Below are positions 1-12,760 of a DNA stretch of 64,000 nucleotides, in pieces. The number at the start of each line of letters is the position of its first letter. The first letter of the stretch is position 1. The notes under the pieces are model-generated. The model did not search any database. It was not told where the DNA came from and saw only the letters and a program-made list of their open reading frames with translations. Origin of the DNA: Nageia nagi (taxonomy: Eukaryota > Plantae > Pinophyta); NCBI GenBank assembly GCA_050084985.1, contig JBITNC010000001.1:13206001-13270000 (forward strand). Direction: 5' to 3'. The translations under genes were made by a program, and so were the position numbers.

Positions 1-1082
1 CTTGTTTTGTGGAGGTTCATTAAATGCTCTATATCTATATCCTAAGTATGTGTTCAAAACTTGCTTTGGAAAGCTAACTAGCATGGTGTTGATAGGGTGG
101 GTACTGGTTTGAAGAGAAATGGTTGAGTTAAAATTGGAGATTGGCACCCTTTATTTGAAATCCAAATATGAGTGGATCTTATGTGACTAGGAGCCACAAT
201 CAGTTTTTTATTTATTTTGCTGAAGAATGGTGGCATAGGATTTACATCAATATAAATTTATTGAAATAGTGCATGTGATCCCTTAATTCGTGCTTATTAA
301 AGTGATTAAACCTAATCATCTGTATTTTATTTTCAGAAATTCATTTCTCACCTTTTCAAAACTTAGCAAAACATTAATAACAGAAAAATTTGACCAAATC
401 ATTGTTTAAAATACATTGGTCAGTTTCTCCTAGTTTAAAAAATATTAAAGTGACTTTTTAGATGCTAAATACGTCATCCTCAGGTATTCTTTTGTGTTTT
501 CTATTGCAAAAGCATGCAAAGGAGTGTTGAATATATTAATGTTATCATACAGTATTCTCCTTACATTCAGTTGCTCTGTGGCTGGTCATGGAAGTTAAGC
601 TCAAATGTAGCATCCATATTATGGAAATCTTGCACCCTCTTATTGCAAGCCACACATCAAAGGGACTCCACTATTGTCATGTGTTTGCTTTGCATATCTT
701 ATGTTACTCACAATTTGTACAATGACAAATGTCGAACAACTAGTGACATTTTTTGATCTTGAAATGTCCTCACTCAGATGATTGTGATTATTATTTCTTA
801 TGTAAGTGGCAGAATTGATAGCATAATTATGGTTTGCCACCATGTTTTAGAAATTGAACTGTACAGAAAATATTAGTGATATTTGATTTAGCCTCATTTG
901 GAAAATTATTGTTTCTCTGTTTACCATGTTTTTAAAAGAGATAGATGGTAGGAATACTAATATTCTGTTTTCGTTGCTCCAGTGATCTCTAAATTCAAAA
1001 GGTATAGTGTAAATAAATAGTCTGCAGTGCTCATAATTTCTTTCATTTTTTTAATACAATGAACTATGGATGTGGTTGACAG
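1..1082 (+). other. Intron (3' part) of the host gene; acceptor AG at 1081-1082
   Basis: T-rich tract ending TGACAG|AAAAGAAGATGG. The downstream frame reads KRRWRGFWSSFWCFG, the family motif that normally opens exon 2. No exon 1 is recognisable in the window. Confidence 0.75.
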
Positions 1083-2765
1083 AAAAGAAGATGGAGAGGT
1101 TTCTGGAGCAGTTTCTGGTGTTTTGGGGCAAAGCAACAAGCAACGCGAATTAATCCAGAAAGAAATGTACCAGGAAATGTGTCTCAACCGGTAGATGCTG
1201 GTAATCCATCAACAACATTGTCTTTGTCCATATTAGCACCCCCCTCTTCGCCTGCTTCAATTCTGAATTCAAGCAATCCATCTTCGGTACAGTCTCCTGC
1301 TGGATTCTTCTCTCTTTCTGCAATATCAGCAAGTGTATATTCACCTAGTGGATCTACATCAACAATGTTTATCACTGGACCATATGCACATGAGACCCAA
1401 CTGGTGTCACCTCCTGTTTTCTCAACACTCACTACAGAACCATCTACAGCTCCTTTCACTCCACCACCCGAGTCTGTTCATCTTACCACCCCCTCTTCAC
1501 CAGAGGTGCCTTTCGCGCAGCTATTTGCATCTTCTTTAGATGCCAAAAGTGCTGCAAAAAAGAATGGTTTGACATTGGCTTCTCCTCTTACTTCACCACG
1601 CTATGTTGCAAATAAAGATCTTCAGGCTGCGTACCAGCTATATCCAGGCAGCCCTGCCAGTCATCTCATATCACCAAAATCAGCAGTTTCTGGATCGGGT
1701 ACCTCTTCTCCATTTCCTGACTTGGAATTTCCTGCACGGTGGAGCACACATTCTGGTCAAGAATCTCTTTTCCCGAAATATGACCCATCAAAGATATTTA
1801 ATCTTGATAAGGTACCACCAAGAACTTTGATATTGTCACAAGATTCAGAGGCTTCTTGCCTTGGCACATCGGAGGGGTTCCGTTTAGATACAGCAAAGTG
1901 GATATTCCAGTCTAATATCCACAGTGGAATTGAACAATATAACTCTACTTCACTATCAGATTTGTGTTGTTTTAGTGGTGAAGACATGCAACAAAAGAGG
2001 GTGACGGTAACATGTGATTCAAGAACTGCCAATGAAGCTGGCAGAGATTCTTCAAATAAATCTGAGATGGAACAACTTGAAGCAAATAGGGCATCATTTG
2101 GGCTTAGTGCCAGTGAAGTTCTGAGTGCCTGTGGTCGTCATTCTGAAGATTCAGGGCATAGATTTCTTGGATCTCAATTAGGGGCTCAAAAGTATTTAGG
2201 AGATTATGCTTCACGTGGGAAGTGTAGCAGGAGCACAGAGACACAGATCGCACAGATAGCATTTTCAGATTCTGGGACTAATAGTGTTTCTACTGATTGC
2301 TTTATCCAGAGTATAGAGGCCCAAGCTAGAAAAGACTCTGGGGATGGGCTTAGGAGGTCTGTTGTATTAGAAAGCTTTCTAACAGAAACTAATGTTGATT
2401 GTTCTTTTGAATTAGCAGGAGGTGATTCACAGGTCACTTGTTCAGGGATGTCAAGTTCAGGATGTTCTGAACGGCAGTATGCCCCTGGCGATGCTGACAA
2501 ATCACAGTTTTGTTTGTCAGCGAACCAGAAGTATTCATGTATTTCAGCTACAAAAGATTTATCACACTTGAATGATTCAAACTGCCGTGATAAAATTGAC
2601 GAGGTCCATCCAAATTCTGGGGAATTTAATTTTGACAAGGTCAACAAAAACAATGACCTTAGCATGAATGGAGAGTTGTGGGTAGATCATAAAGAGAAAG
2701 TAACTGCAGAAAGTGGAAGGAGGAATTGGAGTTTTTTCCATATGATGCCATCTGAAGGAGGTTGA
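1083..2765 (+). CDS. Terminal coding exon of an At1g76660/At5g52430/At4g25620-like Pro/Ser-rich ('hydroxyproline-rich glycoprotein family') protein
   Basis: Open frame extends 32 codons 5' of the ORF-track start (1179) to the splice acceptor. Family motifs present: KRRW..W...WCFG, LAPPSSPAS, GPYAHETQLVSPPVFSTLTTEPSTAPFTPPPES, TTPSSPEVPFAQL, YQLYPGSPASHLISP, GTSSPFPD and C-terminal NWSFF. No internal stops and CpGs are retained. Confidence 0.92.
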   Translation, partial: KRRWRGFWSSFWCFGAKQQATRINPERNVPGNVSQPVDAGNPSTTLSLSILAPPSSPASILNSSNPSSVQSPAGFFSLSAISASVYSPSGSTSTMFITGPYAHETQLVSPPVFSTLTTEPSTAPFTPPPESVHLTTPSSPEVPFAQLFASSLDAKSAAKKNGLTLASPLTSPRYVANKDLQAAYQLYPGSPASHLISPKSAVSGSGTSSPFPDLEFPARWSTHSGQESLFPKYDPSKIFNLDKVPPRTLILSQDSEASCLGTSEGFRLDTAKWIFQSNIHSGIEQYNSTSLSDLCCFSGEDMQQKRVTVTCDSRTANEAGRDSSNKSEMEQLEANRASFGLSASEVLSACGRHSEDSGHRFLGSQLGAQKYLGDYASRGKCSRSTETQIAQIAFSDSGTNSVSTDCFIQSIEAQARKDSGDGLRRSVVLESFLTETNVDCSFELAGGDSQVTCSGMSSSGCSERQYAPGDADKSQFCLSANQKYSCISATKDLSHLNDSNCRDKIDEVHPNSGEFNFDKVNKNNDLSMNGELWVDHKEKVTAESGRRNWSFFHMMPSEGG

Positions 2766-4331
2766 TAATCTGGTCACTCAGCTGATTAATATTGTGTTAT
2801 TGTAATTATAATGAGGAAATCGATTACATGTTTGTTTTAGAATGTTGATTCTATGGAGATCTAAAAACTGTAGATTTTCATTCAAATCTGAAGTTTAATT
2901 GAAGTTCTGTACCATGAAACTATTTTCTAAATTGTATTCAAATTTTGTCTGGAGATTTTTGTTTCCTGGCAAATTACACTTCTTATCAACTATAACTTCA
3001 TAGCCATGTAATTTGAATTCCTGGAAAGAGGCATTTAAAGGAGATCCAGCTATGGCATGTACGAATAAATTTGGTAATATGGGTCAAACAAATATTATGT
3101 TTTATAACAAGTTCTTCAAGCTTTTTCTAGATATACTGTGGTTGAGTATTTTGAGTTTTACATGGGCAGTTTTGGTCTTTCATAAATATACATCTCAAAT
3201 TCAGGAAACAAATCATTGCACCATGTCAAGGGGTTGATGGTGATTCTATTGAATTGCATCTTCATTATGCACTCTAGTCAAAGCAAGTGTGATGTAATTA
3301 TGACGGATTTCATCTTATGTGGTGACAAGATTACTTGCCTTGCATGAAAATATGCAACTTTTTGTGCATATTCAGAAACAAAATATTTTTGGAATCTCTA
3401 AAGCATTGTTCGGTGGGGTGTTCTTGAATTTCTTTCTTGGTTTATTTTTCATACAAACGTTATACTGTTCTTGTCAACACTGCAATGGCAGTGCATTCAA
3501 CTATCTGAAAACAACATTCCAAAATTCTATATTCCCTAAGAACTGGAAGTGTTGCAATGAATTAATGGACTCAATCTAGAAGCTCTGAAAATCCAGGTTA
3601 GTCTGAGTACACATTGAATAAATTTGTCAATGATAGTCGCTAACCAAGATATGAAGAGGCTACATATGTCACGTACGTTCTCTTTCCATTTTTACCACTC
3701 TAAATCTATGATTCTTTCTTTAAATGTATTTGTTTCCAAAGTTGGACAGATGTTACCATGGTTTAAATGTATTTGTAACCAAATGCTCTCTGCATCCTAC
3801 AGAGTGTGAGGTTTCTGGAAATAAATACGATATAAAGTATTAACATACTTGCGTTAAAGGCTCTCATTAGGTTTGTGTCTCGTCATTCTTAGCCTTCTGG
3901 ATCTCCATGGCAGTTTCTTATATTCTGTAACTGCTAAGCTGATGCTCTGTTCTCTGGTTCTTATATTATTGGTTTAATAGATTTGTGTCTATAAATGAGG
4001 CAGGTGGTTTTTTGCATATGCAATTGTTTTTATAATATAGATGCCCTTAATGGTGCTCATTATGGGCATTAAAATGGCATGCCATTATTACAAGTTTGTT
4101 TTGCTTAGAGGGTAATGCCTGGTACATCGAGTATTATTAAATATCCCATATCTGCCTCTATTTTTGAGACATCATGGTTGAAAGGAGGATCTATACTAGT
4201 CATACTGTTAGGCCTTTTATCAGTAATTAGATAAATTTCTTATGGGGTAAGTCTTTTAACGGAAGGACGATATCGAGTCTTTGTATCTGAAGAACTAAAG
4301 TGTGAATTCATGAACAGTTAATAATATGCAT

Positions 4332-4388
4332 ATCTGTTTACAGTCAATTGTGCCAAACAAATCTGTTTATAGTTAATTGTGCCAAACA
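4332..4388 (+). repeat. 29-bp tandem duplication (2 copies)
   Basis: ATCTGTTTACAGTCAATTGTGCCAAACA at 4332 and ATCTGTTTATAGTTAATTGTGCCAAACA at 4361. Confidence 0.85.
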
Positions 4389-4534
4389 CATCTTGTGACT
4401 GCTGCACTGTGAATAGTAAAGTACGATCTAATGTGCCAAATAGCAACTTGCAGCTACATAACCTTAAATATGCATAGTTTTTTTGTGTGAGGTTTAGATT
4501 TTAGAATCCAAGGTGTAATCATAAGAGAAAATAA

Positions 4535-5428
4535 GTCTTTTACCATCCTTTTAAAGTCAAAGGTTTGTAGGACCTATCAAAATTTGTTAAGATAAGAATG
4601 AAAATATATTAATGAAGTATTCAAATGATTGTTTCTTATATAATTAAGTTTTATAATAAAATTATTAAGCTTGTTTTGATTGTCTTCATTTAAGAATTTA
4701 TGGAGTAAGTTGTAATCATAAATACCTTTGTAATCATAAGTAAAGTTTTCATATATGTATTCTGCAACAGTATAATTAGGAATGTTGTCCATTTTTTATA
4801 TTTTGTTAATACCAAAAACATTTGGGTTAATAAGTTATGTAAGGAAGCTCATTAAGCAGCAAGCTAAAACAAGACATTTTGGCCTAATATGACAACTTCT
4901 GGAGGTATTAAATTTACTTCCTTATTCTAGGTAGTGTTTTGTTGCGGTTTATAGCATGGTTTTGGGGTAGCCTGTTCAGTTTGAACTTAATTACAAGCTC
5001 AGGAAAGAGAGAATAATATGAAGCCGATATTTAATATAAAGAAGACCATGATTAACTAGATCACCTCTTGTATTTTTTGTTATTGTTTGTGTAATATATA
5101 CTTCTCTACAATGAATAGTTTTTAAGAATATCAAATAAGGGAATATTTAGATTATCTTAATTCCATTTTAATATAATTAGTAATGTGTTTGATTTGGTTC
5201 TAAAATTTTGTTTTAATGATTTATTTTCATTGGTTGAGTGTGAGTGATTATGTTCAATTGTTCTTTAGAGTATTCTTATTCTTGTTTTTCTTAGAATATT
5301 CATGTATTGTTCAATGTTTTTCTTTATATGAGAAACAATCATTCAAATACTTAATTGATATATATTTACTTCCGAACAAACTTTGATAGATCTTACAAAC
5401 CAATGGATTTAAAAGGATGTTAAAAGAC
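4535..5428. mobile_element. MITE-like / non-autonomous TIR element A (about 55-bp imperfect terminal inverted repeats)
   Basis: Left GTCTTTTACCATCCTTTTAAAGTCAAAGGTTTGTAGGACCTATCAAAATTTGTT is close to the reverse complement of right AACAAACTTTGATAGATCTTACAAACCAATGGATTTAAAAGGATGTTAAAAGAC. TSD not clear. Confidence 0.65.
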
Positions 5429-5508
5429 AAGTATCTATAAACTTAGCTTTCAATATTATCTATTTGATTGACAATGTTTTGTGAAACAACAGTAAATGTA
5501 AAGTCAAT

Positions 5509-5848
5509 ATTTAATGTCCTTTAAACCTATGGATTTGTAGTACCTATCAAGAGTTTTCAAATGTCACCAACGTAGGTGGGAGTAGAATTTGAGACATTCA
5601 ATGTGGGTGCCATCACACTTTAGTTGTCTCTCAAATTCCCTAGCAAGAGGTGATAAGTTACTATTTGTTTTGATGATTTATTTTCATTGGGCAGATGTGA
5701 GTGATTGTGGTCAACTATCCTTTGGAGTATTCTTATTTTTCTTAGAATATTTGGGCATTGTTCAATGCTTTTTTTTTATATGAGAAACAATCATTCAATT
5801 ACTTTTATAGGTCCTACAAACCAATGGATTTAAAAGGATGTTTAAAGA
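5509..5848. mobile_element. MITE-like element B, shorter relative of element A
   Basis: Left TGTCCTTTAAACCTATGGATTTGTAGTACCTATCAA; right TATAGGTCCTACAAACCAATGGATTTAAAAGGATG. About 5664-5848 is a direct repeat of about 5207-5427. Confidence 0.6.
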
Positions 5849-6549
5849 ATCCTATCTACCTATCTATTATATACATTTATAGTAAACTGAACTTCAATTT
5901 TTTGTTGTTCAAAAGTACTTGTATTATTAAATAATTATTATAATAGTCACCCTTAAAAGTTAATGATAAAGTCCAAAAAAGTTATTAAGACATGTTATAC
6001 AAGGTATTATGATTCACTAACATTAAACATCATTGAATAAAATGCTATGAAGAATTAATTAGTTTGGGTTAGAGGCTTCCACCTCTTATCATTGACAGTT
6101 ACAATAGATTCATTTTCCAACCAAACCCAAATGTTAAATCCTTTGAGCATCAAAATCACCACCCCAATGATTTGAGGTGTCAATAAGCATGATCTATGTG
6201 ATGTCAATGTTGGTAGAAAAGACAACCAAGGAAAGTTGGGGAACCTTATCGAGTTTAGCCTAGAGAAATGGCACATCTAAGGAAGAATGAATTGGTGGAG
6301 GTTATTATGGCAATGCATACTTTGTTGAGACTTGGAATGGTCAAGCAATACACAACTCATAGTGTATGATGCATTCATCCAGTGGTTGATGAGGATCTTA
6401 AAGTATGTGATCTCCATAGAAACCTTTGTGGTTTGCACCAATATCTACAACAACACATTAAAGACTACTCACATTTTGTAAACAAACAAAAAAAAAATTT
6501 AATAGGTGAAGCCAACAAGAAGACATTATTTTTGGCATTCCATAACAAA

Positions 6550-9420
6550 AAAAATTTCTCATACAAAAATAGTTGGCAAACTTCTATGTATGAGCAAGGA
6601 AGGCATGGAGAGTCTCTTAATAGAATTTGTTGCCAAGAGAACCAAAGAAGTTGTAGTAGTACAAAAAAGAAAATTATCTGCCTTATGTCTTATGCTTTGG
6701 TACAAGATTAGAAAGCACACAAAATATCTTAAGGGAGATGGTAATGAGGACACAAATGATTGGGGAATCCTAATTGCTTGAGGTGAGTGTTGAGAGGAAG
6801 ACCTTAAAAGAAGAAACTTTAAGCAAAATTCATTTGTTTGGGTTCCATATACGAGGTCCATACCATTTGAAAATACATTAAACATATATGCCTAGGTGAG
6901 TGAAGCTCCCATCATTTATTGAGTATATTAATCATAAACAAATGGGGGGAAGCTACGAGTAGCCAAGTCATACTTTTTAATTAAAAAATGAGGTGTCATA
7001 TTGCCATTTTCAATCTTTCCACCATGGTTTTTGAGAAGGAATTATGATTTTGTGATGCATATGAATCAAAATATGTTACTTAACCTCATTAAAGATCTCT
7101 TTGTCATAGTTAGCAAGTTTGAACTTAGTTTGGAAGGCATCTTAGGGAAGCTAATCCTTTGGGTTGTTTACAAAAGAAGTAAAAAAATGTGCTTATGCCT
7201 CTTTAATTTTAGTCATAAAGCTCAGGAATGTTCACAAATGGGGCTCCCCTGATAGTGATGATTGAAAACCACCAAATATAGAAAAAATTAATCAAAAGCC
7301 CATTTTGGGTACCATTACCATTGCATTTCAACCAATCCTTGATAGTATCCTAAGCTTTCATTATGCTATGCATAATAAAAGAGCTAGAAACTTTAATTGG
7401 GACGAGAGACACTAAAAGGGAAGGCGAGTTCATGCCTCACAATACTTTTAATAAGTGAGGAGAGTTGGATGATATGGAATGATGAAATAAAATCTCCATG
7501 CATCTTTTTCTTTAAATTTAAAACAATCCATTTGACACAAAATGACATCCCTTGTTGATGACAATAGATAAGCCTAACGCCTCATGAATTTTTGGGAATA
7601 CAACAAAAATCCCAAGCTACTATGTGTAAATTAGAGGAGGGAGAGTTGGAACATAGAAAGTATTGGGTTTATTTTTTCTGATCTTTAGTAGCAAGCCTAA
7701 GAAAGGATTGAATAAGAAGAATAATATACATGGGTAGTGACCAAGACCTTGGAGCATATATGAAACTTTCTTGCTAGGCAAAGTTTTTTTTGGCCTAATA
7801 AGAAAGTTTGACTTCAACCTTAGATATTATGTATTTCCATAACTTTGTATGGAAGCTTTGAAAGTAAAAGATATGCTTAGGAATTTAAATATTTCCTTAG
7901 GTTGAAACCATTACCATAGAAAGTGTGGAAGCCATATTAAAATTGGTTGAGGAGATTGTCTAATACATAAGGTATTGTGCCACTGGATACTGGATCTAGA
8001 TGCTTTGTAAAAATTATCTAGGTAATAAAATACTCTATAAAAAAAACTTTATCCTTGATGAGAGTTAGGAAGGAATCATTTGCAAAGTGGTTGTTTATAT
8101 GTTGTGCTGTGTTACGAGATAGAGAGATCCCTTATGTAAGCCCTTATGAGCCTTTTTGTGCAAAATAAATGAATCCCTTAGACATAAGACATACAATAAG
8201 GGGATGAGGAGACATCCCTAATGGATGGATTGGAAGAGGCCAATGGTATTTGATAAGGCTTGATTTATGGTATACAAAACAAAGGCGTAAATAAATATCA
8301 TGTGAATTAATTGAATAAATCACTCTCAAAGCCAAGAGCCTTGATCATGGCTAGGATAAAATGCCACTCAATTTAATTATAGGCTTTTCAATAATCAATA
8401 TTTACAAAGAGAAATTATTGATTAGATTGGTGAACCCATTACACACATACCTAGATTGTTAGGATATTGTTTAATATGTATCTACTATGGATAAATATGA
8501 CCTATCTAGGATAAATAATGATTAGGATGAGAGGCCTGAGCTGATGGGCTAATGCCTTAGCAATAAGCTTGTAAAGTTATTAGTCACCAACTACTAATGA
8601 GCTCAAAGTCTCTGATATTTTGTATGAACTTGATATTGCCTTTATTAATAATTGAGTCAAGGGAGACAATCAACATGACCTCTTGATAGAATGTATAAGA
8701 TTTAGCTCAACTAATGTCCAAAGTTTTTTTTTAATTCACATGAGAAGTCATTGAGCTTAGGAGATGTATTGTTGGTCATTTGTGATAGAGCCTTAGATAA
8801 ATCATCTAAGGTGAGAGGTTTTTCATATAAGAAGTGTTAATGGTTAGAAAGCTTGCATTGAACCAAAACCAAGCAATCTTAAAGCACTTAGTCCCTTTGA
8901 GGAGAGGGGTTTTGTGAGGCAAAAACTTATTGATCATGAGAGAATAGGCCTCCAAGATAGACAAGTGATTATGAGATGCTCATTACCTTCTTATAAGGTT
9001 GAAGTTTATGAACAAATTCTTTCACTACTCAATCTCCAATCTTAAGCTAATGAAGTTGAGGATTTAATTAGGTTCCTTTTCCCTCATAAAGCTCAAATCA
9101 TTTGACTTGGTGTTAGATTTGAGCAACATGTAGTTGAAGAGGCATAAAGGGATACAATTTAAATTTGAGGAATGTTGATGTAATATCCTTCTATAGAGCC
9201 ACATTGGAATGACAACAAAATATCATAAGTTTCCAATTGAAAGTGCAAAACAAAGTGGTTCTACAAATGGCATCATTCCACTATTTGATCCACCTCCTTT
9301 CTCTTCCAAGATTAGGGAAATGGATTTAAATATGCCTGGTATAGAGCATGGTGACAAGGTGATGGAGAAAGGAAATGTTGAGGTAAAAGGGGGTTTTGAA
9401 ATGGTGGGGAACAAGAGCGT
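6550..9420 (-). mobile_element. Highly decayed Ty3/gypsy (Tat/Ogre-like) remnant: gag, protease and integrase traces, RT/RH not seen; boundaries approximate
   Basis: Minus-strand traces only: gag-like I.IPQFKLY (about 9160), protease-like PSHDQA/LALRVI..NSHDI...VYHKSSL (8250-8355), integrase-like DLVYG (about 6850). Many stops. Confidence 0.4.
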
Positions 9421-10369
9421 TGGATGCAAAATGTTATAGGGGACTAGTTACATAGGATTATGTTAGTAATGAAATAAATGAAAGGGGAGAATATACCATG
9501 ACATGCAAAGAAGAAATCATCATAATGTAACTACATTACACATTTCAATCTCTTGAGAATTTTGTTAGATCCATTTTGGTAGTTAGACAATGTAAACCAT
9601 AAAATATTGGGGAAATTTGTACTAGGAAAATAAGCATTTGGATAATATAGGACTATTTTATCTAGCATAAAGTACCAAACAATACATCCACCAACACACC
9701 ATCATATGGGAATGTGTCCCAATTTATCAATCAAGTGTTACACCATGTTGAAGTCACTACATAGAATCCATATTGTAGGTGCTAGCAAAATGGGAAACCA
9801 ACACCATGAGTAGTCATGATCGATAGTATTATTTGGTGTATTAGCATTAATGATACCAAAGGAGTACCCATAGACTTCCAAAAGTATCCATATTGAGTTG
9901 CAATGAAAATTGCTCCATCTTGATTAGCCTCATGATTGGTATGAAAGAATTTATTGGAAGGCCTTATGAATTGGCATATATATTGCACATAAAATTCTAA
10001 AACTGTAATAACTTGTAATAAAAGGAAATCCAAAGCTCCATAGTGTTGAGAAAAGGTGGTTAGGATTTGTCAAAATGAATATTTATAGATTGGGTCCATT
10101 GGCCCTTTACATTCCAAGAGAGGAAATTCATGAGAAGGGATAGAGATGCATAACACCTACAATGTCCTTTATATCATTGATGTTCATGAGAGCTTCATAT
10201 GTATTGGAGATAAAGCACCATGGTTCTCATGCATAAATTATGTTTGGTGCTTTTTTTTTTCACCTAGAGCACTTGGAGGGCTTTGAGAATGATAAATGAT
10301 GCCTACATATGTGGGAATAACCATAACATTAGGGTTGGAGCTAGTAAGCTTGAAGGAATCCAAAGGAGT

Positions 10370-10389
10370 GGGGGGGGGGGGGGGGGGGG
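10370..10389 (+). repeat. G20 homopolymer followed by GGGGGTGGGG
   Basis: Direct read of the sequence. Confidence 0.95.
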
Positions 10390-10782
10390 AGTGAGAGAAA
10401 GTTATGGGGGTGGGGAGATTTTGTGTTTATTATGATAGTATTAGATTTTTTCCATTCTTGTTAGTAATAGTGGTCCATTTCTCTTGGGTTTCCTTAAGAG
10501 TTTATGAAGTTTAATCTTATCATTAATGTAAAGTAGTTGGTGGAGTTTTAGGTTTGAAACACCCCTTCACTAGTAGGAATTCCTTAGTCTTATGTACAAC
10601 TGAATTATAAAACTATCAAGTGTTTAAGAGATTTTTGTAGACAACTTATTGCGTTAGATGAGTGTCATTGTCATTAATGTTAAAAAACTCATTAAGCTCC
10701 TTAGATAGATCAATTTTAATACATATTATGGGGGTGAGAAAAATATAATTTTGGCTAGTCCATGCATATGAAACACCCCATA

Positions 10783-12310
10783 TGTGGGAAATATGTTTAT
10801 TTCATTATACTTTATTCTACAATCATCATGTAAAGCATTTTTTAGTATGTAACTATGCAAGCCTATTAGTAAAGTTGTAGGTAACATTTCCCCAAAAATG
10901 CTTATAATTGAATGGATTTTTAGGTGTAGTATTTATACATACAAAAAATGCAAAATCCAAATTTCAAGCCAAAATGATAAGCATAACAAAATATAGCATC
11001 TTATATCAAACTTGAAAATGTATGGCAATTTTGGACAACAAGCATAAAAATTAGTTTTGGGCTAATAAAATGATCTCTTTGTGCATTCAATTAATAGAAT
11101 ATCATCTAAAATTTGTACAACACTTATTTTGCTTTCTCTAATATATCTAATGATGTCATTCATAGGTTTACAAGTAACTGAAATACTCCTACTAAAAAAT
11201 GGAATACAAACAATCATTATGGGAGTTATAATAACTCTTCTAAAGGTTGAAATAACTCCTTGACTCCTCAAATTTATGGGTGACTTGTTAGCATCGATTT
11301 ACAACATACTTCCCCTTGATGCTGAGTGGTATAATAAGCTTATCTCCGAGTCTCAAAAATTGGTCTTTGTTGACTCCTTTTGTGAACAAATCTATAAGTT
11401 GTTCTTTGGTGGTGCAATACTTCAAGTCTATAATATTTTTATCCAACATGTCTCTTATGAAATAGATTTTCAAATTAATGTTCTTGGATCTATTATGATG
11501 GACTGGAATATTTGCAATCTTAATTACACTTGTGTTATCATAAAAAAAATGTAGTTAGATTATTTTGAGCTTCAACAATCTTCTCAAATAGTTTTATCAA
11601 CCAAAGTTCTTGTGTACTTGTTGTAGATGCAACATACTATGCCTCTATATATGATAAAATAAAAATATTTTATTTATTTGAACTCCAAGTAATCACTCTT
11701 GAACCAAGTGAAAAATAATTTCTGGAAGTTCATTTCCTATCATCTAAGCAACTTCCTCAATCGAAATCATGGTATCCAACAAGCCACATTTTGTTGTTAG
11801 CTTCATAATGTACGTAAAAAAATTCAAAGTTCCTTTGATATCCTTGAATATTATCCTAGCTTCTCTCATGTGATTTTGTGAAGGCTGATTCATGTACCTT
11901 GATACAAGTGAGATTGGAAATGCAATATCCAATCTTGTTGTAGTGAAGAACATTAAACTCCCAATAATGCTTCTAAATAGTTTCTCATAAACATTTTCTT
12001 CTCCATCATCTTTGTACAACACTTCTCTATATTTCCAAAATGGTTTACAATTTTCCATACCATACTTTTCAACATATCTTTTGCATATTTTAATTGACAA
12101 ATGAAAATTTTGCCATCACCTTGATGTACTTCCACACAAAAAAAATATTGCATTAACCAAAGATATTTCATATCAAATTCTTCATCATTGAATACTTGAA
12201 ATCATTCAACATATTTGAACTACTTTCCATATAAATCAAATCATCAATATATAGGCAAACAAGAAGAATATCATCACCTTCATTCTTGAATTAGAGAGTT
12301 GGATCATTCT
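10783..12310 (-). mobile_element. Ty1/copia 3' fragment: RT-RNase H, PPT and 3' LTR (LTR starts at 11306 on minus; far end approximate)
   Basis: Minus strand: VCLYIDDLI (about 12250), FRSIIGSLMFFTTTRLDIAF..SLVSRYMNQP, YCTTKEQLIDLFTK, then AAGGGGAAGTA followed by TGTTGTAAA. Confidence 0.88.
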
Positions 12311-12329
12311 AATTACTAAAATAATTCCT

Positions 12330-12760
12330 CAAATTCATGGGTGGCATGTTAGAATCAATTTTCAACACCATAAGGATGAGAAAATATTGGATAAAATGTT
12401 GAAGAGGATAAGGAATCTCAAAAAAATCAACTTTGATGAGAGCATTCAATGAGACCTCCTAAAAGACCATGAACTAGTTCTTAATCTATGGTTGAAAAAA
12501 GAGTAAAGTATTATTAATGTAGTGAAGACCTTTTCCAAATATGGCATACAAATAAACGGGTTTAGTGAAACAAAAAATAAAAGAACACTTTATTCATGTT
12601 TTGAACAATCTTGACTTCAATGCCATAGGGATACTAAGCATATTGAATCCATTGATGGATAATGATTTTATTTTGAATTTATCCCAAAATTAACCTATAA
12701 AAGTATGATTCTCTAACCAATGACATGTATTTTCAAACTTATTGATACGAATAACATAAG
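12330..12760 (-). mobile_element. Possible LINE ORF1 (DUF4283-like) fragment
   Basis: Minus-strand traces WLENHTFIG.FW, IHQWIQ, GIEVKIV...VFFYFLF and SWSF loosely resemble plant L1 ORF1. Frameshifted and weak. Confidence 0.3.

Noticed and set aside
514-1082. Short ORFs upstream of the exon as exon 1 or separate genes
   Set aside because: None contains the family's N-terminal motif and the composition is intronic.
1150-2777. Overlapping short ORFs on both strands over the host exon
   Set aside because: Shadow frames of the real CDS with no independent motifs.
3013-3809. Three short + strand ORFs after the stop codon
   Set aside because: Mostly non-ATG starts and no motifs; consistent with 3' UTR or flank.
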